Shown: positions 15,881 to 24,433 of the stretch, in pieces
Layout of the letters: each line of letters opens with the position of its first letter
How positions within the stretch are numbered: position 1 is the first letter of the stretch
Sequence record: LR756500.1
Length of the DNA: 64,000 nt
Strand: one strand, 5' to 3'
Made by a program: the position numbers and the translations under genes
Notes under the pieces: generated by a model
Told to the model about the DNA's origin: nothing
Databases searched by the model: none
Seen by the model: the letters and a program-made list of their open reading frames with translations, nothing else

Positions 15881-17146
15881 TCAAAAACGAAGCAAACCCA
15901 TAATTTGGTTTACAGGAGAAAAGGATCCCGTTAATTTATATCTCTTTGAATTATAAACAAATACAATTCCTTCAGAAGGCATTATTGAATCAAATCCACC
16001 TAAAGCTTCTATTTTATTTAAGTTTAATTGTAATACATCTAATAATCCTTTTCCACCAGTATTTTCTATTTCTTTAATCTTTTTATCTAAATTATCTTTA
16101 ATAACTTTCACTGTATCATTAGAATTAACGGATAAAAATCCACTTATATTTTTTAAAACAGTAACACCTAATTCTGTAAAAATACTCTCAAATTTATCTC
16201 TTATATTTTGTCTAATATTTTTAATTGAATCAGATTTTTCTAGCATTTTAATAAATCCTAAATTATTTAGTTCTAATTCTTTTATTGATATAATAGTTCC
16301 ATTTTTAAAAGCTAAACGTTTAGCTGCTCGTTCAAACACATCTCCGTCAAAATCAGTTTCATGTTTAGCAATACTATTTAAAATAATTTTTTTCCAAAAT
16401 TCTATATGCCATTCTTCTAATGTAGAATTATCATTCATATCCATTGAATCTCTAATATCATCAATTTTTTTATGAAAATAATTTTGTTTAACAGAAAAAT
16501 CGTTATGCTTAGAAATATTTAAATAATTTGGTTCATGAACTTTAAATATGCTATTAATACTTTTATTTACTAAATTTATTACATCAACAATATTTTTAGA
16601 TATTTTATTATTTTCATCAATTGGATTTCCATCAAAATCATAACTTATAAATCCATGCATAATTATTTTAGGTGAATCATATACAATAACATTTGGAGAA
16701 CTTGGATATATTATTTCAATATTCATAAACTTTTTACCTGTTTCAAATTCAACATCTAATATTGATTGATCTATTTTAGAAAATATTTTATTTAATTCGG
16801 TTATAGCTAATGAAAATGCTTTAGATAATTCTCCTCTATTTTCAAATTTTTGTATTAATTGATCTACTGTTAAAGCATCTTTACCATAATTTTTTAAATG
16901 ACCTTTATTTCTTGCTGTAAATAATTGTCCATGTTTCCATGTTATTGATAAAGCATATCCATCCAATTTTTCAGATATTAATTCTTCTTTATCTAAATAT
17001 CCTCCAAGTGCTCTATCAACTATCGTTTTTAAATCTTTAAATGTTAAACTATAATCTTCAAAAGGATGATTTAAATGTCCGTAACTTCCACCTTCTAAAA
17101 TTAAATTTTCATTTAAAAATTCTTCATAAGATTTTAAAAATTTCAT
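15881..17146 (-). CDS. DUF6267-like ATP-dependent ligase/nucleotidyltransferase-fold protein with capsid-targeting-like tag
   Basis: GHLNHPFED, ISEKLDG (ligase motif I) and C-terminal EGIVFVYNSKRYKLTGSF (ligase motifs IV/V). N-terminus is MKFLKSYEEFLNE. Confidence 0.7.
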   Translation of the reverse strand: MKFLKSYEEFLNENLILEGGSYGHLNHPFEDYSLTFKDLKTIVDRALGGYLDKEELISEKLDGYALSITWKHGQLFTARNKGHLKNYGKDALTVDQLIQKFENRGELSKAFSLAITELNKIFSKIDQSILDVEFETGKKFMNIEIIYPSSPNVIVYDSPKIIMHGFISYDFDGNPIDENNKISKNIVDVINLVNKSINSIFKVHEPNYLNISKHNDFSVKQNYFHKKIDDIRDSMDMNDNSTLEEWHIEFWKKIILNSIAKHETDFDGDVFERAAKRLAFKNGTIISIKELELNNLGFIKMLEKSDSIKNIRQNIRDKFESIFTELGVTVLKNISGFLSVNSNDTVKVIKDNLDKKIKEIENTGGKGLLDVLQLNLNKIEALGGFDSIMPSEGIVFVYNSKRYKLTGSFSPVNQIMGLLRF

Positions 17147-17154
17147 TTATAAGA

Positions 17155-17709
17155 TTATTTTATGCATTCAATTATTAAATCACATTTATGTGGTCTAATT
17201 TCTAAATTGTTTAAATATTCAATTTCACTTTTTCTATAATCAGTTTCAAATGCATTTTTAAAACCAATATCTTTAACAGTTCCTATTAAATGATCAGCAT
17301 CCCAAATATATTGATGTCCCCATTTTTTCATTCCTTCATTCATTAAATCAGCAGCACAAGAAGGAGTCCATCCTACTTCACTCCAATATTCTAAATCATT
17401 TTCTAAATATTTTGTTGCTAATGTTTTTAAATTTGGCATACTCATTCTCATTCTACACCCAGGTTTTAAAACTCTAAAACATTCATTTAAAAAAGTGATA
17501 GCAGTTTCTTTGGGTAAATGTTCCATGAAGTGTTCAGAAAAAATACAATCAACTGAACTATCCTTATATGGTAATTTAGGAGCAGTCCAGTTGATTATAT
17601 TTTTTTTATTAGCTTTATCTAAATTATGCCATCCATTCATAGCGTTTGGACCTGCACCTATATTTAATCTAATAGCATCTGTAGGATCAATATCAACGAC
17701 AGTAGTTAC
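17155..17709 (-). CDS. Class I SAM-dependent methyltransferase (type 11-like); the frame extends upstream of the annotated ATG
   Basis: Track ORF 17155..17640 has LPYKDSSVDCIFSEHFMEHL and ECFRVLKPG. Motif I (RLNIGAGP) lies in the same frame 5' of that ATG, and no ATG/GTG/TTG precedes it before the in-frame stop. Confidence 0.75.
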   Translation of the reverse strand, partial: VTTVVDIDPTDAIRLNIGAGPNAMNGWHNLDKANKKNIINWTAPKLPYKDSSVDCIFSEHFMEHLPKETAITFLNECFRVLKPGCRMRMSMPNLKTLATKYLENDLEYWSEVGWTPSCAADLMNEGMKKWGHQYIWDADHLIGTVKDIGFKNAFETDYRKSEIEYLNNLEIRPHKCDLIIECIK

Positions 17710-18569
17710 TTTTTTTTTGAATATTCGTCGTTTAATTCTTCTAATCTATGTTGTTTATAAAAAGTTAAGGCATCTTTAGATTCCCAGTCAGGTAACATTG
17801 AATATGCTTTTTCATATATCATATGAATATCAGATTCTGTATTTAATTTAGCAAATATTTTTTCATTAAGATGAGTATACTTTGTTAAAAATTTATCTAC
17901 TTGATTACTATCAAATACTTTATCTTTTTTGCCTTTACATGCTTCTATAATTTTTGCATCAAAATCTTCTTTTACTTTGCTATCACCTTTCCATTCAGAT
18001 TTAATTTCATCCCAGAATTTTTTCTTTTTTTCTGGATCTAATTGCATTGGAGAATTAACATTATATTTTTTTAATTTACTCTTAAAAAAATCTTTATATT
18101 CTTCTTCATTAATTACTGCTTCTTTTAATTGATCTTTTTCAATTGCATCAGGAACTTTTTGATCAGCTGCATTAGTTATTTTTTTATCAGCTTCAGTATT
18201 TACAACAACTGGATCAATTTTAATTTGATCAGTAGCAGTAGCTGGAGTTTCTTTTACAACATCAATTGGATCAGGAACTTTTTGATCAGCTGCATTAGTT
18301 ATTTTTTTATCAGCTTCAGTATTTACAACTTTAGGATCAATTTGGCCTTCAATTTTATTTGGAAGTTCAGCTTCTTTTTTCTTTGCAGTTAAACCTTTAT
18401 GAATTTCATCATAAAATTTTTTTCTATCATCATCACTTAGATTACTTAAATCTTTAATTTGAAATGCTTTCATTACATCATTAAATATTCCTGCAATAGC
18501 ATCAGCTTCAAGAATAGAAGTTTCTTTAAACTTATTATAAATGTCAGACATTTTACCGATTTTATTCAT
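17706..18569 (-). CDS. Putative head-associated/internal protein with internal duplication
   Basis: Two similar charged helical units (FNDVMKAFQIK...KKFYDEI and YKDFFKSKLKKYNV...KKFWDEI) flank a duplicated linker. The gene ends in an A9-G-TAA slippery context. Confidence 0.6.
   Translation of the reverse strand: MNKIGKMSDIYNKFKETSILEADAIAGIFNDVMKAFQIKDLSNLSDDDRKKFYDEIHKGLTAKKKEAELPNKIEGQIDPKVVNTEADKKITNAADQKVPDPIDVVKETPATATDQIKIDPVVVNTEADKKITNAADQKVPDAIEKDQLKEAVINEEEYKDFFKSKLKKYNVNSPMQLDPEKKKKFWDEIKSEWKGDSKVKEDFDAKIIEACKGKKDKVFDSNQVDKFLTKYTHLNEKIFAKLNTESDIHMIYEKAYSMLPDWESKDALTFYKQHRLEELNDEYSKKK
18147..18329. repeat. Identical 60-bp direct repeat (18147-18206 and 18270-18329)
   Basis: atcaggaactttttgatcagctgcattagttatttttttatcagcttcagtatttacaac occurs twice, encoding VVNTEADKKITNAADQKVPD. 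Confidence 0.9.
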
Positions 18570-18590
18570 AATTTATATTTTTTTCTTTTT

Positions 18591-19190
18591 TTATATATCA
18601 CCCGTTCGTATCAAATATTCCTTAATTATCTCTAATGTAGTTATTGATGGTCTCCAATATAATTTTATTTTACTTTCAATATTATCTAATAATGTATCAT
18701 AATATTCATTTTTATTATGTATTCTATTAGGAGCTGATGATATCCAATATTCTATATCATCAAAATTAAATGTTGATTGTGCACCATATAATATATGAAA
18801 TTTATTTTCTAATTCTGTATAAGCTTTATTAAATTTAATATCTTTTAATCTATTATTTAGTCTAATTAATTCGTCATATAATATTTCTAATGTTTTATCG
18901 ACATCATGTTGTGTATTATTATCTGCAATTGTGTGATACCTCAAAAAATTTCCTATTTTATCCCTATTTATATCAAATGGTATTTTCCAATCCGTATGAA
19001 TATTAAATCCAATTTTTTTACTTACTTCTTTGGGAGCATAATTTTGTTTTAAATCTATAGGAAACTTTCTTCCATTAACCAGCCATTTAAATGTTCCATC
19101 TTGTGATTTATTCACAATATCTTTAACAAAAGATTCATCACTAATATTTGATTTATTTAAAAATTTTTCATATTCTAATATAAATTTCAT
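18591..19190 (-). CDS. Hypothetical protein with capsid-targeting-like tag
   Basis: N-terminus is MKFILEYEKFLN; the remainder is unrecognised. Confidence 0.6.
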   Translation of the reverse strand: MKFILEYEKFLNKSNISDESFVKDIVNKSQDGTFKWLVNGRKFPIDLKQNYAPKEVSKKIGFNIHTDWKIPFDINRDKIGNFLRYHTIADNNTQHDVDKTLEILYDELIRLNNRLKDIKFNKAYTELENKFHILYGAQSTFNFDDIEYWISSAPNRIHNKNEYYDTLLDNIESKIKLYWRPSITTLEIIKEYLIRTGDI

Positions 19191-19215
19191 TATAAATACT
19201 TATTTGATTTATATA

Positions 19216-20730
19216 TTAAAATTTTATATTTTGCATAGTGTATGAAAATTTTTGTTCTTTATAAATTTCTTTTCTAGCTTCAGCATGCTTAAACAAATAA
19301 TTAACAAAAGTTTTGCCGTTTTCTAGTTTATATCGCATATCATCAACAAAATCAATTATAATTAATTTATCTTTTCTATTATGCAAACGTAATCCACGTC
19401 CGATACTTTGACGAATTATAATTTCTGATTTAAAACTTTCTGTAAAAAATACATTATGTATATTAGTTATATTAATTCCGGTCGAAAAAGTTCCAAATGA
19501 AGCAACTAATAATCGTTTATCCCCTACTTCCATTAATTTTTTATAATCTTCTCTTAAATCTTTATCTGTACCACCATCAACATAATATACATCTCCTTCA
19601 TAAATATTTCTTAATAAATCATAAAGTTTTTTACCATGTTCTATTCTATGAAATAATATTAAACTATTTTTAGTTGATTTTTTAATTACATTAGCAATAA
19701 ATTTTAATCTCTTATTACTTTCTGCTACATAATCTTGTTCTAATTTAAAAACTTTTTTCCTTTCATCTTCATTAGATGATTTAGATAACCATAAAAATGC
19801 CTCTTTTTGTTCATCTGAAACATAATCCATATAAATCATTTTTACTTCACATGGACTTATAAATCCTTTATTAATTAAATAATCTGCACTAATATTTGTA
19901 ATTAATGGACCTGTATTAGACATTAAATTATATCTATCTATTGTTTGTGGTTTAGGAATAGTTCCACTTACCCCGAAACGATAATCACAATGCCAACACC
20001 TATCTAGTATTTTACAGATTGACGAACTATTTGCTTTATGTGTTTCATCTATTATAACAATATTAAATTGTTTAAAATATTCTTCATCTTTTTTAACTAA
20101 TGATTGATATGTTCCTATTACGAGATTAGTATTTTCTTTTAATTTCATTCCAGAAAATATCTGTTGTATTTTAAGTGTTACTTTTTCATCAGTATTATAA
20201 TCATTAAAATCTTCAGTTGCTTGTAATACTAAAGATACATTTGGAACTATTAATAATATTTTTTCAGCTACATCATATTCTAAAAGATATGCAATAACCA
20301 TAAACACTATTAACGATTTACCGGCACTAGTAGCTAATTCAGCTAAACATCTTCTATAACGTAATATTTTATATGCGGTATCAACTTGATAATCACGCGG
20401 CTTTTTTTCGTTACCTTCAAAAAATTTATCAACCCATTTATAAAATTCTTCTTTTTCAATATCTATATTGAATAATTTTATAGTATCAATTAATTTTAAT
20501 GGTAAATTATGCTCTTTAAAAACTTCCATAACTTCCATCCATAAACCAGAAGGAAGTTTATTACCCTTAACAAAACAAACGTCCCCACTCCACACACCTC
20601 GCTTCACAAGTGGATGAAATCTCCAATTATCTATACGTTTAGTAAAACTAAGCTTAAGTTGTTCATATTCATGTTCAGTTGCTTTAGTTATGTATAAATA
20701 TCTTCTATCAGGACTTAATTGTAATTCCAT
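19216..20730 (-). CDS. uvsW: UvsW-like SF2 DNA helicase
   Basis: PRDYQ, LATSAGKS (Walker A), DETH, GVSGT, SFGTFSTGINI and RQSIGRGLR. Confidence 0.92.
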   Translation of the reverse strand: MELQLSPDRRYLYITKATEHEYEQLKLSFTKRIDNWRFHPLVKRGVWSGDVCFVKGNKLPSGLWMEVMEVFKEHNLPLKLIDTIKLFNIDIEKEEFYKWVDKFFEGNEKKPRDYQVDTAYKILRYRRCLAELATSAGKSLIVFMVIAYLLEYDVAEKILLIVPNVSLVLQATEDFNDYNTDEKVTLKIQQIFSGMKLKENTNLVIGTYQSLVKKDEEYFKQFNIVIIDETHKANSSSICKILDRCWHCDYRFGVSGTIPKPQTIDRYNLMSNTGPLITNISADYLINKGFISPCEVKMIYMDYVSDEQKEAFLWLSKSSNEDERKKVFKLEQDYVAESNKRLKFIANVIKKSTKNSLILFHRIEHGKKLYDLLRNIYEGDVYYVDGGTDKDLREDYKKLMEVGDKRLLVASFGTFSTGINITNIHNVFFTESFKSEIIIRQSIGRGLRLHNRKDKLIIIDFVDDMRYKLENGKTFVNYLFKHAEARKEIYKEQKFSYTMQNIKF

Positions 20731-21032
20731 TAAATTTTATTTTTACATTCTGTACATTCTATCTTTTTAATGCATTTTTTACAATCAAAATTGTCATCAA
20801 ACACATCTATCCAATAATCTGCTTTAAAGGTAATAGAAATTTCTCCTTCTTTAAAATCAGTATCAACTTCACTTGCATATAATCCTTGAAATTCATAAGG
20901 TCCTATTTGAATAGGTTCTTTAGTTTTAAAAATACTTTCTTTATTATCAAAAATACTTTCTTTATTATCTTGCTTTTGAACTTCTATTATATTAACCCAT
21001 TCTCTAAGAAAGTTATATACTGTATTATCCAT
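20730..21032 (-). CDS. Hypothetical protein
   Basis: 100-aa ORF with a DNKESIF duplication and a C-terminal CxxC..CxxC. Confidence 0.55.
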   Translation of the reverse strand: MDNTVYNFLREWVNIIEVQKQDNKESIFDNKESIFKTKEPIQIGPYEFQGLYASEVDTDFKEGEISITFKADYWIDVFDDNFDCKKCIKKIECTECKNKI

Positions 21033-21468
21033 GATGTTTAATATTTAATAAATATTTTCTGTTAGAAATAGATTTAGAAGTTCTTTTTAATATTAATGAG
21101 AGTTCTCGTGGATTTAAATTACTATTTAAAATTTTTAAATCTTCTTTTAATGAAAATCTTTTAAATTTATTTTCGTTTATTTTTTTAATTAAATACTTTA
21201 TTCTAGATTTTTTAGAATATTCTTCTTTATGTATATCATAACTTCTTTTCTGTATAGCATGCCAAGTATCTTTATGTGTTTGTCTCCATTTATAATATAT
21301 CTTATTAGATTGTTCTTTATTATTATCTCTCCAATTTTTAAAATTATTATAAGGAAAATTTGGGTCTTCTAATTTCTTTTTTTCATAAGACTTTTTCGAA
21401 TATATTCGTTGATATCCAGGATGCTTTTTTCTCCATTCTCTTTGATATTCTGCACTAGTTTGTTTCAT
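21025..21468 (-). CDS. Basic, putative DNA-binding protein (homing-endonuclease-like linker repeats, no nuclease motif seen)
   Basis: YQREWRKKH / WRDNNKE / WRQTHKD repeats; overlaps both neighbours. Confidence 0.5.
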   Translation of the reverse strand: MKQTSAEYQREWRKKHPGYQRIYSKKSYEKKKLEDPNFPYNNFKNWRDNNKEQSNKIYYKWRQTHKDTWHAIQKRSYDIHKEEYSKKSRIKYLIKKINENKFKRFSLKEDLKILNSNLNPRELSLILKRTSKSISNRKYLLNIKHHG

Positions 21469-22102
21469 TTTCTTTAAACTTTAATGTTAATAATTTATTA
21501 TCTATTTCTTTTTGATTTTGTCTTATTTTATTTACAATAATTTTATCTTCTAATAATTTAATATCTCTATTTAATCCTAAGATAATTTTTATTTTTTTAT
21601 TTATCAAATCTTCTGTATTATTATTTATTATAATAGCATCATTTAATTGTTTTAACTCATCATTTCTTATATTAATAAATTGATTTAAATCACTGCTTAA
21701 TTTTATATTGTTATTTATTAATTCCATAACATAATTTTCACTAAATAATTTAAGTACTTCGGCTTCTACATCTATGCTAGAAAATAAATGTGTGAATGTT
21801 GGAAGATGATAACATAATTCATTAATTCTTAATGTAATATCATTTACATTTACTAATAATATCAAATCTTCTTTATCTAACATATATCCAAATTCATTTC
21901 TGAATATAATGTCTAATATTCGTCTAATAACTGGAGGAGTTAATTGAAAAGCCTTATCATTTGTTATTAAACTAAAATCAATTTTATTTAAAAATTCTTT
22001 AGCTATAATTTTATTTTTATCATTCAAACCATTTAATAAATCACTATCTTTCCAATTAGATAATTTTAAATATTTAATTGTTTCTTCATGCATGTGTTCC
22101 AT
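21455..22102 (-). CDS. Hypothetical protein with a major-capsid-N-terminus-like motif
   Basis: W...DLLNGL...K...F...PVIRRI recalls the W..SGLLEGL...PLVRRV start of T4-like capsid proteins. Confidence 0.5.
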   Translation of the reverse strand: MEHMHEETIKYLKLSNWKDSDLLNGLNDKNKIIAKEFLNKIDFSLITNDKAFQLTPPVIRRILDIIFRNEFGYMLDKEDLILLVNVNDITLRINELCYHLPTFTHLFSSIDVEAEVLKLFSENYVMELINNNIKLSSDLNQFINIRNDELKQLNDAIIINNNTEDLINKKIKIILGLNRDIKLLEDKIIVNKIRQNQKEIDNKLLTLKFKENETN

Positions 22103-22526
22103 CTGTTGTGTTTTTAAGTGTATACTCAGGGTAAACTAGTTCTATATTAGGACATCCTTCTACAGGTACTAAATTTGGAACAGTAAATGTTTTAGCAATA
22201 ATAGTTCCAAATCTAAAAGCAAATCCAAAAAATTCAACATCTTTACTTTCTTTTTCTAGCATTGATAAAATATTTTCCCAATCATTTGGATATTCAATCT
22301 TTAACCAATCTATAAAATTTTCTTTATATGATTTTTCAATTTTTTCAGGTTTATTATATCCATTCATTTCAAATAATTCATAACTTAATTCTTCAACTCT
22401 ATTAGAATATGAATTTAAATATGAGCATTTAACTCCTTTATCGGTAAATTCTAAAGTTTTAACTTCTACTGGAGCTAAACTTCCTAAATCTAATGAATAT
22501 TTTTTATTTAGTTTTATTTCTTTCAT
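22086..22526 (-). CDS. Hypothetical protein
   Basis: 146-aa ORF, translationally coupled to its neighbours. Confidence 0.6.
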   Translation of the reverse strand: MKEIKLNKKYSLDLGSLAPVEVKTLEFTDKGVKCSYLNSYSNRVEELSYELFEMNGYNKPEKIEKSYKENFIDWLKIEYPNDWENILSMLEKESKDVEFFGFAFRFGTIIAKTFTVPNLVPVEGCPNIELVYPEYTLKNTTDGTHA

Positions 22527-22756
22527 AATATTTTTTCTATTGTTATTCTGTATAAATTAGTTCCTATTTCTCGATCTACTCTATTTTTAGCTAAATTTAC
22601 CGCAAACATTAAACTTTTTTTATCATTTTTAACTATTAATGGTCCGTAATTTCCAAAAGAATTTAATATTTCAACTGCTAAATCATAATGTTCATCTTCT
22701 ATGTTGATGATTTCTTTTTCAAAAGTGTGTTCACTTATATATTCTATTTGTTTCAT
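22523..22756 (-). CDS. Hypothetical protein
   Basis: 77-aa ORF with a 4-nt overlap with the next gene. Confidence 0.55.
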   Translation of the reverse strand: MKQIEYISEHTFEKEIINIEDEHYDLAVEILNSFGNYGPLIVKNDKKSLMFAVNLAKNRVDREIGTNLYRITIEKIL

Positions 22757-22884
22757 TTTGTTTTATTTTAAGATTTATAAATAATTGAATTATAGTATAA
22801 TATTTATAAATTATTTTTCTTTATACGGAAATGTATAGACATAAATAATCATACAAATTAAAATTAATACTATAATAATAGCTG

Positions 22885-23760
22885 TCATTCCATAAACTCA
22901 AAGGGTATTTTGTCGCTTACAAATCCTGCTGCACCTTTATGACCTCCACCTCCATACTTTCCAGCAATGTTTGAACAGTCTATACCATCTTTATAACTAT
23001 ATATTGAGAAACCCCAATTTTTACTATCTGTTCTATAGAATGATATAAGTGCATCGTAGCCATCTTCAATATAATTAATTCCAAATACGCTAGGGTTATA
23101 ATGTCTTTCGTTTATAACACATATTTTTAAGTCACCAATTTTTGTTTCTAATCTAGATTCATATTTTAATTTAGCATCAGTTTTTAGATAATTTAAAATA
23201 ATTTTACCTTCAGCTATCCAATTTGTTATTGTATATGGACCAAAATCTAAATATTCATCTTTAAAAGTATCTAATGAATTAATTTTTGATCTAGAAGCAT
23301 ATTGAAATGCTTCTATTTCTTCAACATTCTTTTCCTTTTTATGTCTAAATGAATCGTATTTACCTAAATAGGTTACTAATTTAGGATGAACTCCTCCAAA
23401 AAAATATTCCCAGGTTAATTCGCAAGCAGCAAAATTAGTACTTCGTATTCCATTTAGTTTATCATATGGATAAATATATTCTTTTGATTTCTTAATACTT
23501 GATAAATGATGATCTAACCAAATAATTTCTTTTCCTTTAATTTCATATTCTCTTAATTTATACATATCTTTTTCAGGAAAAGAAATATCACACATTATAA
23601 TAGTATCATAATTATTAAAATTTGGTACAGGTAAATTATAATCCCAACCTTCTAATATTATTTTAGTATTTTTAATAGTTTCATAAAATCTTCGAACTAT
23701 AGCTCCACTACACCATCCATCTAAATCACGATTATGATAATAACATATTACATTTTTCAT
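22885..23760 (-). CDS. DHH/DHHA1 phosphoesterase (NrnB-like)
   Basis: YYHNRDLDG, DISF, WLDHH and C-terminal GGGGHKGAAGF. Confidence 0.88.
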   Translation of the reverse strand: MKNVICYYHNRDLDGWCSGAIVRRFYETIKNTKIILEGWDYNLPVPNFNNYDTIIMCDISFPEKDMYKLREYEIKGKEIIWLDHHLSSIKKSKEYIYPYDKLNGIRSTNFAACELTWEYFFGGVHPKLVTYLGKYDSFRHKKEKNVEEIEAFQYASRSKINSLDTFKDEYLDFGPYTITNWIAEGKIILNYLKTDAKLKYESRLETKIGDLKICVINERHYNPSVFGINYIEDGYDALISFYRTDSKNWGFSIYSYKDGIDCSNIAGKYGGGGHKGAAGFVSDKIPFEFME

Positions 23761-23762
23761 TT

Positions 23763-24230
23763 TTATCTATTTAATTCATCTGATAATTCCATTCTTCTTT
23801 TTATCGCAAATCCTAAATTATCAAGAGTCTTAACAACTTCTTGATAATATTCAATATGTGATTCAATAATTTTTTGTTGTCTTCTTAATAAAGTTATATC
23901 GGCAGCAACAAATTTACTTGTTTCTCCGCCATTAAGTTTAAGATCATATTCACTATCTGATCTTCTATAATATCTATATTGTTGTTTAAAGTAAAAATCA
24001 TATCTACTTTGGACTTTATATAAACTTAATTTAAGTTCAGCCATTTTATCTGTTAATTGATGCCTATAAGATAACATAAAAATTTGAGCTTCTGCCACCT
24101 TATTGATATCTTTAATAGATTCAATTAACGAAATAATTTTTTGATTCCAGCTTGCTCTACTTTTATTTACTCTATCTTCTAATTGAGTATTAGCATCTTC
24201 TAACTCAGTTTTATTAATTATATTTGACAT
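23763..24230 (-). CDS. uvsY: UvsY-like recombination mediator
   Basis: 155-aa helical protein with AD.....Q......IEYY..V...L....FAIK ending; lies near uvsW and the SSB. Confidence 0.6.
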   Translation of the reverse strand: MSNIINKTELEDANTQLEDRVNKSRASWNQKIISLIESIKDINKVAEAQIFMLSYRHQLTDKMAELKLSLYKVQSRYDFYFKQQYRYYRRSDSEYDLKLNGGETSKFVAADITLLRRQQKIIESHIEYYQEVVKTLDNLGFAIKRRMELSDELNR

Positions 24231-24425
24231 TTAAAATAAACCTTTCTTATTATTTATTTTTTTATTTACTATTTTTAGTTTAATTTGTTTTCTTTTAACT
24301 GGTTCTCCTAAAAATATTTCTTTTGTATCATAATCTATATTAACATTTTCAAAATAATCTATAAATAATTTAAATCTTTTATCTCTTAAATCTTTTTCTT
24401 TAAAAAATTCTTCAATTTCACTCAT
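24231..24425 (-). CDS. Small hypothetical protein
   Basis: 64-aa ORF abutting its neighbours. Confidence 0.5.
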   Translation of the reverse strand: MSEIEEFFKEKDLRDKRFKLFIDYFENVNIDYDTKEIFLGEPVKRKQIKLKIVNKKINNKKGLF

Positions 24426-24433
24426 ATTAATTT

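Noticed and set aside
9585-18329. CRISPR-like array
   Set aside because: The repeats found are in-frame coding repeats without unique spacers, and no cas genes are visible.
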